Below, piece after piece: positions 29,963-39,329 of a stretch of DNA of 64,000 nt. Origin of the DNA: an uncultured Caldithrix sp. (GTDB lineage: Bacteria; Electryoneota; AABM5-125-24; Hatepunaeales; Hatepunaeaceae); NCBI GenBank assembly GCA_964355675.1, contig CAYHEC010000004.1, forward strand, positions 131,924 through 195,923, in the 5' to 3' direction. A program made the position numbers and the translations under genes. Positions within the stretch are counted from its first letter, which is position 1. Each line of letters starts with the position of its first letter. Under the pieces are notes generated by a model that had not been told where the DNA came from, searched no databases, and saw only the letters and a list, made by a program, of their open reading frames with translations.

Positions 29963-30254
29963 AATCCTCGTTGGATCAGGGTAATGGTTATGGGCTAGAG
30001 TTGTCTCAAGACCCGGCGATACCTGAGATCGCCATGATACAATAAATATAATGTACTTATGATTGGTTAATCAAGAGTCTGGATAAATAATCTCTTTTTT
30101 ATTTTTGTAAGAAAACAGGTGAAGAAAAATAATTAAGTCGGTTCGAGAACTTGGATTCTCAGTCGCATGGCTTCTTCGAGTAATTTGAGTCATGGTGTAA
30201 TCGGTTCAATTTGTTCAAGCGGACGAAAGCGTCCGGTAGTCGATTTTCCGATTA

Positions 30255-30290
30255 TTTCAAAAGCGAGGGGGGCAAGAAGCCCCCCTCCTT
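30255..30290 (-). terminator. rho-independent terminator (bidirectional hairpin) 3' of the 2941-aa gene
   Basis: The stem gaggggggc-aagaa-gcccccctc is flanked by T-runs on both strands, ~30 nt downstream of the stop at 30315. Confidence 0.65.
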
Positions 30291-30314
30291 TTACATTACA
30301 ACGTGACGACACTA

Positions 30315-33300
30315 CTACTTCAGCATCGCACCTTTCACGACATGCCGTTCGTTACCGACCTGCAATACGAACAGATAGATTCCTGCCGGATTCCCAACGC
30401 CATTCCAGGCAACCTCGTGATTTCCGGCTTCGAAACGTCCCTCAGCAATAATAGCTATCGCTCGTGCATGCATATCGTACACCGTCAATGTGACATCACT
30501 GGAATGAGGCAAAGCAAAACTCAGCTTAGTCTCAGGATTAAAGGGATTCGGGAAGTTCTGACTCAAATGAATCTCGACTGGAAGGAAATTCTCCTCGTCC
30601 GGAGCGCTAAGGGGTGGAACGACTACTGTCCAGCGTTGACGAGACTCAATAGTCCCTTGTCCATCTGTCGCTTCGACCCACCATCGGACGCGAAGCGAAT
30701 CTTCGAGTCTATATTGAGCTATCAAAGTATCCACGCCACTCAACGCGAAGGTGGTATCCTGCAACGGGCCTCGTCTGAACGTAGTATCGACCGGTGCATC
30801 GACAAATGTGAAGACTATCGAATACCTTATGGCATCATTATCGACATCGGAAGCGCGGGTCCAACTGAATGTCCCGCGATAATCGACAAGTACATGATTA
30901 TCGCGCGGGGCTTGAAGATCGAAGGCTGTCGGATCGTCATTGACGGGGACAACGGTAACCCTGAACTGCTGTGTAGCTTGTAGTGCCCCATCCGTTGCTG
31001 TCACTGTAATCAGCGCTCCAGCGGCAAGGTTGAAATTATCATCTGGCCTGAAGAAAAGGACTCTGCCATTTTCAATCGCCATCCCTAATCCTTGTGGAGC
31101 GCCAGCGAAGCTGAATTGTAGAGCGTCGTTATCCGGATCGGTGAAGTATTGGTTCAGGTCACCGATCTCGTATCTTCCTTCGTCTTCATTGACCGGCACG
31201 TCATCGATCGCTCCTTGACGTTCAGGGGGACGGTTGATGTTAATTACGGTAATATCAACACGAATTCGATCACTCAAGGCTCCCGGATCAGCCGCCTGAA
31301 ATACCGGACTATATGGATTTTGCCTTCCATCATCTGAGCTTGGCGTCCAAATGAACGTGGCGTTTCCATCTCCTGCATCGTTGAACTGCCATCCCTGGGG
31401 TAATCCACCATCATCGATCACAGTCCAGCGGAGAGCGTCATTATCGGGATCTGAAGCACGGAAATTGATTCGAAGCTCTGCGCGTTCATCCACTCTTATC
31501 TGAAATGCGTCTTGATCGCTGGGTTGAGAGATTACTGGTCGGCTATTTAGATCTCGCGCTGTTATCTCGACCACGATTTCATCTCTTCCACCATCAGAGT
31601 CGGTCGTTCTAAATCGAGGAGTATAAGGCTGACGGCGAGCGTCGAATGGTACATCCCAAACGAAACGAGCCGTTCCATTGCGATTATCGGTGAACTGCCA
31701 ACCATTTGGCAAGCCATCGGGATCAGTCAGCTCCCAGACTAAATCTCCACCATCGGGGTCTGAAGAACGAAAATCGACTATTAGACGCTGACGTTCTTCA
31801 ATTTCTACACGGAAAATATCTGCGTTTGCAGGTTCGGTGATTACAGGAAGAATATTGACATTCCTGACGGTTATCGCCAATCGAACCTGATCGGTTGCTC
31901 CCAACGCGTCAGTCGCAACCGCCAGCGGAGTGTAGGGCTGGCGGCGAGCGTCGGAAGGAGGCGTCCAGAGGAGGGTTGCCGAACCATCGCGATGGTCGGT
32001 GAATTGGAATCCATTAGGCATGCCTCCTGCATCCGGAAGAGTCCAAGCGATTGCATCACCATCAGCATCATCAGCGACAAAGTCAACTCGCAATTCGACA
32101 CGCTCATCGACAGCGACGTCGAAGTTAGCTTGCTCGGTCGGTTCGTGGATGACCGGAGCTCTGTTGAAATTGTTTATGGTAATGGTAACCCGGAGGTCGG
32201 TAAACGCTCCAGCTCGGTCTTCGACCCTGAATTCTGGATGATATACGCCCGCGTCTTCGAAATCAGTTACCCAGATAAAGGTCCCGTTGGCCCCTTGGTG
32301 ATCGAAGTTGGCGCCGTTTCCTACTACTCCATCTTCTACTCGCAGGAATATGTTGATATCATCACCCTCATGAGCAAGATCGACGTCATCTGCACGGAGG
32401 GCGAATTCAATTCGATCACCTTCACGCACCGTAACTTCACGCACCGGATTGACCCAGAAGGGATCGTCGTTACCGGCCCGGACAGTCAATACAAACGTAT
32501 CACTGACGCTGAATTCGTTATCATCAGCAGTAACAACGATATTGAAATTTCCATTGATGTTATCAGCCGGATCTACCGATAAGACTCCACCATTGATTTG
32601 GGCGCTGACATTCCCATCAGCTTCGACTCTGAATCTTAGGCCATCCCCATCGGGATCACTGAAGAAGTCGGACAGAGTATATAAATTTGTCCTGTCCGCG
32701 TCTTCATCGATGTTGACGTCGGGAATTGCTCGGACAATCGGCGGACGATTAGTTTGAGCAACATGAATCGCCACATCTCTATCGGTCGAAACGACGTTAT
32801 CGCTGATGCGGAATGTAGCAGTGTAATCACCTGCTTCGTCAAAAGTTGGTCGCCAGGTAAACGTTGCCGTTCCGTTCTGATGATCCTGAATACTAGCTGA
32901 TTGAGGCAAATTATTACGAATCAATGTGATGGTCAATGCCCCATTGTCCGGATCAGATCCTGCAACATCGAAGTTAATTTCGGTGTTCTCTCGACCATCG
33001 ACTCGATCTGGAATGTTATTCCAGACTGGAGGACGGTTGACGTTATGTACAGTAACGAATAGAACCGATCGTGCTGTCAAATTACCATCGGTGACAACCA
33101 ATTCGCCCCGATAATTACCAGCGTTTGTAAAGTTAGTCTGCCAGTGGAAAGTCCCAACTCCATTGCGTACCTGTTCAAATGTAGCTTCCTCCGGGAAGTT
33201 ACCTCGATCGAATGAAAGAGTCAGGTTATCTCCATCGACGTCTGAAGCTGAGACGTCAAACTCAATAAGTGCGCTTTCATTTATATCGATAGCCTGACCA

Positions 33301-36300
33301 GGCACATTCTCCCAACGAGGCATGTCGTTGACTGAAACCACGGTGACCAGGAACGTCTCGGCAACTTCTAAATCACGATTTACACCCTCATTTCCCGAAG
33401 TTGCTATAGAAACCGAACGGATACCACGCCTCGGTTGAGCTCTTGCCGCCTGAGCGGACCCTGCCAAACCATTTGCATGGAACGCGACAAGCGCTACATT
33501 TCTTCCGTCATCGGCTGTAACGCGAACATCTCCCTCGCCGTGGAAGTTTGCGGCAGGAGTGATCGAGAGAATGTTGTTTTCGTCGATAACAGCGCCAATT
33601 TCGCCTCGTCCGGACACCTGAAAGGTCAGGTTATCGCCATCAGGATCAATAAATACTTCATTTAGATCAGCAACGCGTGTCGTCCCTGAGTCTTCATTGA
33701 CTTGAATATCACCAATAGCGTTTACAACTTCAGGAGCACGATTTACGTCCATCACTGTCGCTTGAACATCGAGTGAAACGTCAGGCATACGCTCATTCTC
33801 GCTGAGCAGATGGAACCGAATCAGATATTCGCCCGCGTCATCAAAGTCAGGCGTCCAGATAAAATTCGATACACCGTCACCGAGATTTTCAAGTTCTGGC
33901 ATGACTTCCGGATTTCCACCAATAAACTCAAAGGTCATTTGGAACTGGTCACGGTCGATGTCGGTGGCGGAGATGTCAAAGGTTATCTCTGATCCTTCAT
34001 CGACACTAAATTCGTTGGGAAAATCTACGAACTCAGGTGGTGCATTGACGTCAGAAATGACGATCCTCACTACAATTTCGGCAGTCGAATCGCCATCTGA
34101 GACAATAAAGTGAGGATTATACTCACCTGCATCCAGATAACTCGGCGTCCAGGAGAATGTGCCGGTCCCGTCTTCATTATCAACGAATTGTGCACGATCC
34201 CTAAGTTCAACATCGCCAGTCATTTGCATGCTCAATGCATCTCCGTCAGGATCTGAAGCAGTCAACGTGAATTCGAGATGTGAAACTTCTGAACCCTCTA
34301 CAACTTGCGGAGGATTAACCCAAACCGGTGCATGGTTTGGATTGAAGCCAGTGCCGCTGAGCGAAACCACAACTCGCGGTTCATTTCGATCATTAGACAA
34401 AACGGTGATCGCATCTTGGAAGTCACCGGGAGATGTTGGAATAAACGAGACAGCGAACGCGGCTGATTCCCCCTCCCTCAGCGTATCTTGCTCTCCAAAA
34501 TTCAGTCCGAACGGCTCACCATCGAGTTCGCTCGGGCTTGAAATTATCAGGTCGGCATTCCCACTATTCGAAATCAACATATCCCAACTGGCCTCACTGC
34601 CAACCGGAATCCGACCGAAGTTGTGAGCAAGTTCGATATTGATCTCAGGTTGGGGAAGAGTATAGAGGTCGAGTCGAAGGACTGTAAATCCGTTGGGCGA
34701 ATATTCTTCAGGACCTTCGTCGATGGATGACTCCACACCGGCGTATTCTGTTTCTGATGAGAAGTCATAGTATCGGAAGGACATGCTTTCATTAATAACA
34801 AATCCTTCGACCGGTTGAGTATCAAGGTCGTCGCCCCAAGCCGCCAATCCAAAGGGTTGATCGCTGGCTTCTTCAAGAATAACGCTACCGGCGCAAATGC
34901 CATGCGAAGTGAATACAGCGACCTCATCACCAGCCGCTAATAATTCATCATTCAGTAAAGCGGAAACTACCAGAAGCGAATGGTTGGCGTTGGTAATTTG
35001 ATAGAAGAAGTGCCCCTGCCCCTCAGGTGATGTGGAGGAAAGCGAAAGTACTGAGAAAGCATCTCGATGATAAATTCCTTCGCCTTCCGCATATTCGGCA
35101 GTTGCGGCAAATTCGGCGCCAAGTTCAGGAAGCCAAATGCGAAATGATATGACTTCACCATCGACAAAACCATCGACAACGTTCGGAGTATTATTGTCGT
35201 CACCCCAGGCGGCTATCCCGAACGAATATTCTTCGATGCGGACAGAACCGGCGGAAAGTCCATCGGTCGTAAATACTCCAACTTCCGAACCAATTGGCAA
35301 TTGCTCATCGTCAAGTGTTGCATTTTCAACCAATAGAGACATATTTCCGTCAGTCTGTTGAAAACGCCAGTGTAACGGTGAAGCGACAGCAGTACCTGTT
35401 AGAGAAACGGAAACCGCACCGTTATCGGGATCGTTGGAATTCAAACCAAGTGAAGCGTTGTAGTCCCGGACTTCCTCAGGAGCAAAAGTCACATGCAGAA
35501 CGGCCGCTTCTCCGACGCCAACATCGAATGCGTTATTGGGAGAAATTTCGAATCCAGCTCCATCGAGAGTAGGAGCTTCAATGCTCAACACATCGCCACC
35601 GGTATTCGAGACGATCAAATCCCATACATCCCGGTCTCCGACGCCAATCTCGCCGAACACATGCTGGTCAGCGGAGATCGAGATTTGAGGCGGCGAAGGG
35701 TTAATGCCAACACCACTAAGATTAATTGTCGCTTCTTGATTATCAGGTGCATTTGAGAATACTGTTAGAATTTGGTTGTACTCTCCTGCTTCTTCCGGAT
35801 GAAATTGGACATCGACATTTATCGAGCGATCTGGTTCGATGGAAACCTGATTATTGAATTCGACAGAAAATGGATTTCCTTGCGTATCGATGCGCTCAAC
35901 AATTAGAGTACCATCTCCGATATTGGCGATATTGAGCATCAATGAACGCGATTCACCGCGCAGAACCCGACCAAAGCCTAATTGCTCAGGCTCAAGCAAG
36001 ATACGAGGCGTCGGCACATGTCGGGAACTGAGAGTCGCAACCGCGAATCCGTTCGTGCGATATATACCTTCGCCAACTGAGTAATCAGCGATTGCATTAA
36101 ATTCATTTCCGGACGACTGATCCCAAATCTTCCACATGATCTCTTCGCCATCTCGGAAACCATCGACCCCCTCCTGATTGTTATCTTCGCCCCACGCGGC
36201 AACACCGAGGGGCCATTCATCAGTAATAAGTGTTGCACCAGCGCAGACGCCCCCAGGTGTGATAACCGCAACTTCATCGCCTGAAACGAGCCGATTACCA

Positions 36301-39140
36301 TCGAGAATTGCATCTTCGATTATAATCGACATGTTCTCAGCAGTAATAGTGAAGGTATAATGCTCACCTTCTGGAATGGCACGACCGATCAAATTCACTA
36401 CTACCTGACTTTCATCAGGGTCATCAGAGAAAATGGTAGCCGTTCCGGCAAAGTCGCCTAATTCATCCGGTATAAAAGTTGCCGGAATAACAAATACGTC
36501 ATTTGGGGCGACTACGATGTTGCCGTCAAAATCGACGCTGAAACCGTTTCCTTGCACGGTTACTCGGCTGATGGTCAGATTAGCAAGACCGACGTTGGAA
36601 CCTTCGATTTGCATAGTTCGCTCACCTCCAACGAATAACGCCTCGAAATCCAGTAAATTTGATGCAAGCGCTATGTCCGGAAGTCTTTCCATTACTCCTG
36701 CGCCCGTGACTCTTAGTGGAAACGATCCAACATCTGGGTCGTCGGATATAACCGTAATAGTTCCGTTGTAGGCACGCTCTTCGCGAGGAGCAAACAATAT
36801 ATCGATTGCAACGGTTTGACCTGCTTCGACAGTGAACGAATTATCCAACTGAACATCAAATGCTTCTTCATTTGAAGTAATTCGCTCAACAGTCAAAACA
36901 CTCTCACCCCAGTTGGAAATCTCTAAACTCCAACTGTCACGGTTACCAATGAGGACTTGGCCAAAATCGTGGGCGACTTCATCCATATTCGGAACATCAT
37001 ACCCGCCACCGCTTCCAACGAAGATATTCGGTTCTAAATCGCGACCGACGCCTGTAAGATCAATCCCAATGTCAGGAGTTTCTTGATCGTTGGAAAGTAC
37101 GTGCAATAAAGCGTCCCAACGTCCGAGTTCCCCCGGACTGAATGTCACGGTGAAATCTGCCGATTGTCCTTGATCGAGAGCAAAACCAGCCGGCTCGAAG
37201 GTGAAATAATCGGATCCTTGACCACCATCTAACTCGAATGTGCCTTCAAGAGGGCCGACTCCTTCATTGGATATTGTCAGCGTACGCTCCAAAAACCTGC
37301 CAACAATAACGGAGCCGAAATCGAGACCATCAGCGCTTACAACGATTTGGGGTGGTTCGTGTGCGCCGCGACCAGAAAGTGGAATTTCGAACTCGGGAGA
37401 ATCGGGGTCATTAGAGCTGACCGTCAATATCCCATTGTAAGCGGCGTAGTCTGGCGGCTCGAACGAGACATTGATTTCAATCGATTCACCGGGCTGGATT
37501 ACCGTTTCCTGAATGTCCTCAGGCTGTCTGCGATTTCCTGCGCTTAGATTTACAATCGTGAATGAATCTCGTGAGTAAACAAGCTCTCCCTGAATGATCT
37601 CGGCTCGAGCGTCCATTTCGCTCCTTGCGGAAAGATCCCAAAAACGGAACGACATCTCTTCGCCGTTGCGGAAGCCGTTAATAATCTGATCTCCTGTTTC
37701 ATCGCCCCATACGGCAAGTCCAACCGGAAAGATTCCATCCCCGTCATCAGTCAGAAGCGTGGCGCCAGCACAAAGTCCAGCGGGGGTGAATACTCCTATT
37801 TCGTCATCGACTTCAAGGGATTGACCATTCAGAGTGGCTTCAAGTATCAAGATTGAGTGATTTCCGTCGGTCTGAGTGAACCGGAAGCGTGGTCCATCAG
37901 GAATTTCTTCCTGATAATCGGTTGCGAATACTTCGTTGTCGGAGGTGACGCCAGTTATCCCAAGGGGTTGATCACCGCTGTTAGATATTGTAACCCGTCT
38001 CGAAGCGATATTGCCGACGATGACATCACCGAAATCAATCTCACTCGGATCCGCTCCGATGTTTGGTTGTGGAGGTATATAACCGTTTCCATGAAGTGTC
38101 ACTTCGATTAGATCCTCATCAGGATCATCCGAGACAACCGTGATCGTGCCATCATAAGATTCTTCAGCGGGAGGATCAAAAGTAACCTGCAACACGAGTC
38201 CTTGGCCAGCGCCGATGACTGTTTCACCATCGAAATTGGTTGAGTAGGAGTCGCCTTGGACATTGACTTCGCTCACCATCAGATCGCTATTACCAACATT
38301 GGTTATAGTCAAGTCCGCTGTCGCTGGGTGGCCAAGCTCCACTTCGCCGAAGTTGATTTCGAGCGGGCTAACATTTATATCAGCAATATGTTCGACTGTT
38401 CCTACACCGACTAACTGAACGGTCGCATCCCCATCGGGGTCATTGGCTTCGATGGTTAATGTACCCTGATACTGGCGTTCCTCAGCGGGCGCAAACGTCA
38501 CTTCGACATCACGAGACTCTGCCGCGCCGAGCTGGACTTCCTGGTCAGGGAAATTTGTAGTAAATACATCGAGATTCGATGAAATTCTTTCCACTATCAG
38601 AGGGTCGATTCCTCGATTGGTGATCGTAAACTGCCAGACGACACGCTCGTTGACTAGGACGTTGCTGAAGTCATGCTCCCCAGCAGAAACAAGGATATCA
38701 GGAGGACCCTCCAAATTTGCAGATAAATTCAATATGGTCAGCCCGTCACGCTCATAGCCATGAGGTCCCATTGTATACTCAGGCTGTGCGGCAACCTCAT
38801 GTTGTGTTCCGCGATCCCAAAAACGGAACGCGAAGGCTTCGGCGTTTCTAAAACCATTTGGGGCTTGCCCTCCGGCATTATCATTGCCCCAAGCGGCAAA
38901 TCCGGCTCCATCTCGGCCTTCTCCAGCCGCGTAAACTGTGGCTCCGGCGCAAAGTCCGGCGGGAGTAAAGACCCCGACTTCATCGCCTGCCTCGACAAAA
39001 GCACCATTTATTCGCGACTCTTCGACTAAGATCGAATGGTTGCCGCCAGTCTCCTCGTACCTGAAGTGTGGTTGTCCGAAGGCGGTCGAAGAAGCGAGAG
39101 CAAGCAGGCAAACTGAGAAAATAATTGTAGAACGACGCAT
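30315..39140 (-). CDS. giant T9SS-secreted cadherin-like adhesin with five copies of the unassigned module
   Basis: 2941 aa with a signal peptide (MRRSTIIFSVCLLALASSTAFGQ). Modules sit at aa ~22-140, 415-534, 925-1038, 1255-1369 and 1375-1491, interleaved with choice-of-anchor-D-type Ig-like domains. About 11 cadherin-like repeats cover aa ~1600-2800, with boundaries VNAPPEF, VNRAPEV, VNDMPRW, VNRPPVW, TNRPPIV, GNDDPFW, FNRAPVI, VNILPVI, LNSRPVI, INRPPER and VNDDPTA. Acidic DxDxD Ca-binding-like loops are present. The T9SS domain reads NFPNPFNPETKLSFALP…GIYLFVLQVG…GAMLK. Confidence 0.85.
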   Translation of the reverse strand: MRRSTIIFSVCLLALASSTAFGQPHFRYEETGGNHSILVEESRINGAFVEAGDEVGVFTPAGLCAGATVYAAGEGRDGAGFAAWGNDNAGGQAPNGFRNAEAFAFRFWDRGTQHEVAAQPEYTMGPHGYERDGLTILNLSANLEGPPDILVSAGEHDFSNVLVNERVVWQFTITNRGIDPLIVERISSNLDVFTTNFPDQEVQLGAAESRDVEVTFAPAEERQYQGTLTIEANDPDGDATVQLVGVGTVEHIADINVSPLEINFGEVELGHPATADLTITNVGNSDLMVSEVNVQGDSYSTNFDGETVIGAGQGLVLQVTFDPPAEESYDGTITVVSDDPDEDLIEVTLHGNGYIPPQPNIGADPSEIDFGDVIVGNIASRRVTISNSGDQPLGITGVTSDNEVFATDYQEEIPDGPRFRFTQTDGNHSILILEATLNGQSLEVDDEIGVFTPAGLCAGATLLTDDGDGIFPVGLAVWGDETGDQIINGFRNGEEMSFRFWDLSARSEMDARAEIIQGELVYSRDSFTIVNLSAGNRRQPEDIQETVIQPGESIEINVSFEPPDYAAYNGILTVSSNDPDSPEFEIPLSGRGAHEPPQIVVSADGLDFGSVIVGRFLERTLTISNEGVGPLEGTFELDGGQGSDYFTFEPAGFALDQGQSADFTVTFSPGELGRWDALLHVLSNDQETPDIGIDLTGVGRDLEPNIFVGSGGGYDVPNMDEVAHDFGQVLIGNRDSWSLEISNWGESVLTVERITSNEEAFDVQLDNSFTVEAGQTVAIDILFAPREERAYNGTITVISDDPDVGSFPLRVTGAGVMERLPDIALASNLLDFEALFVGGERTMQIEGSNVGLANLTISRVTVQGNGFSVDFDGNIVVAPNDVFVIPATFIPDELGDFAGTATIFSDDPDESQVVVNLIGRAIPEGEHYTFTITAENMSIIIEDAILDGNRLVSGDEVAVITPGGVCAGATLITDEWPLGVAAWGEDNNQEGVDGFRDGEEIMWKIWDQSSGNEFNAIADYSVGEGIYRTNGFAVATLSSRHVPTPRILLEPEQLGFGRVLRGESRSLMLNIANIGDGTLIVERIDTQGNPFSVEFNNQVSIEPDRSINVDVQFHPEEAGEYNQILTVFSNAPDNQEATINLSGVGINPSPPQISISADQHVFGEIGVGDRDVWDLIVSNTGGDVLSIEAPTLDGAGFEISPNNAFDVGVGEAAVLHVTFAPEEVRDYNASLGLNSNDPDNGAVSVSLTGTAVASPLHWRFQQTDGNMSLLVENATLDDEQLPIGSEVGVFTTDGLSAGSVRIEEYSFGIAAWGDDNNTPNVVDGFVDGEVISFRIWLPELGAEFAATAEYAEGEGIYHRDAFSVLSLSSTSPEGQGHFFYQITNANHSLLVVSALLNDELLAAGDEVAVFTSHGICAGSVILEEASDQPFGLAAWGDDLDTQPVEGFVINESMSFRYYDFSSETEYAGVESSIDEGPEEYSPNGFTVLRLDLYTLPQPEINIELAHNFGRIPVGSEASWDMLISNSGNADLIISSPSELDGEPFGLNFGEQDTLREGESAAFAVSFIPTSPGDFQDAITVLSNDRNEPRVVVSLSGTGFNPNHAPVWVNPPQVVEGSEVSHLEFTLTASDPDGDALSMQMTGDVELRDRAQFVDNEDGTGTFSWTPSYLDAGEYNPHFIVSDGDSTAEIVVRIVISDVNAPPEFVDFPNEFSVDEGSEITFDISATDIDRDQFQMTFEFIGGNPEVMPELENLGDGVSNFIWTPDFDDAGEYLIRFHLLSENERMPDVSLDVQATVMDVNRAPEVVNAIGDIQVNEDSGTTRVADLNEVFIDPDGDNLTFQVSGRGEIGAVIDENNILSITPAANFHGEGDVRVTADDGRNVALVAFHANGLAGSAQAARAQPRRGIRSVSIATSGNEGVNRDLEVAETFLVTVVSVNDMPRWENVPGQAIDINESALIEFDVSASDVDGDNLTLSFDRGNFPEEATFEQVRNGVGTFHWQTNFTNAGNYRGELVVTDGNLTARSVLFVTVHNVNRPPVWNNIPDRVDGRENTEINFDVAGSDPDNGALTITLIRNNLPQSASIQDHQNGTATFTWRPTFDEAGDYTATFRISDNVVSTDRDVAIHVAQTNRPPIVRAIPDVNIDEDADRTNLYTLSDFFSDPDGDGLRFRVEADGNVSAQINGGVLSVDPADNINGNFNIVVTADDNEFSVSDTFVLTVRAGNDDPFWVNPVREVTVREGDRIEFALRADDVDLAHEGDDINIFLRVEDGVVGNGANFDHQGANGTFIWVTDFEDAGVYHPEFRVEDRAGAFTDLRVTITINNFNRAPVIHEPTEQANFDVAVDERVELRVDFVADDADGDAIAWTLPDAGGMPNGFQFTDHRDGSATLLWTPPSDARRQPYTPLAVATDALGATDQVRLAITVRNVNILPVITEPANADIFRVEIEERQRLIVDFRSSDPDGGDLVWELTDPDGLPNGWQFTDNRNGTARFVWDVPFDARRQPYTPRFRTTDSDGGRDEIVVEITARDLNSRPVISQPSDQDAFQIRVDERAELRINFRASDPDNDALRWTVIDDGGLPQGWQFNDAGDGNATFIWTPSSDDGRQNPYSPVFQAADPGALSDRIRVDITVININRPPERQGAIDDVPVNEDEGRYEIGDLNQYFTDPDNDALQFSFAGAPQGLGMAIENGRVLFFRPDDNFNLAAGALITVTATDGALQATQQFRVTVVPVNDDPTAFDLQAPRDNHVLVDYRGTFSWTRASDVDNDAIRYSIVFTFVDAPVDTTFRRGPLQDTTFALSGVDTLIAQYRLEDSLRVRWWVEATDGQGTIESRQRWTVVVPPLSAPDEENFLPVEIHLSQNFPNPFNPETKLSFALPHSSDVTLTVYDMHARAIAIIAEGRFEAGNHEVAWNGVGNPAGIYLFVLQVGNERHVVKGAMLK

Positions 39141-39288
39141 TGAAAATCCTCCGCGTAGTAGTGAACAGGATTGTGATTCAAAAGAAAATGAAGTGAAATT
39201 TCTTCCGAAGAGTTGTCTGATCCAGCTTCAAATCAAAGTAAGTAAAAAGTGTACTTGATCAGTATCGGATGATATAATAACCTTGAAA

Positions 39289-39316
39289 TAATCGTTGTGC
39301 TATGATATTGCGCACA
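39289..39316 (-). terminator. hairpin 3' of the FabK/NMO gene (terminator candidate)
   Basis: cgttgtgc-tatgatattgc-gcacaacg, an 8-bp stem, lies 14 nt downstream of the stop at 39330. Confidence 0.4.
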
Positions 39317-39329
39317 ACGATCAAATAAG

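Noticed and set aside
13877-39140. Polymorphic toxin / contact-dependent inhibition locus (giant proteins with variable C-termini)
   Set aside because: All four proteins end in a canonical T9SS sorting domain rather than a toxin domain. No small immunity-like ORFs follow them, and no Rhs, PAAR or VENN motifs were seen.
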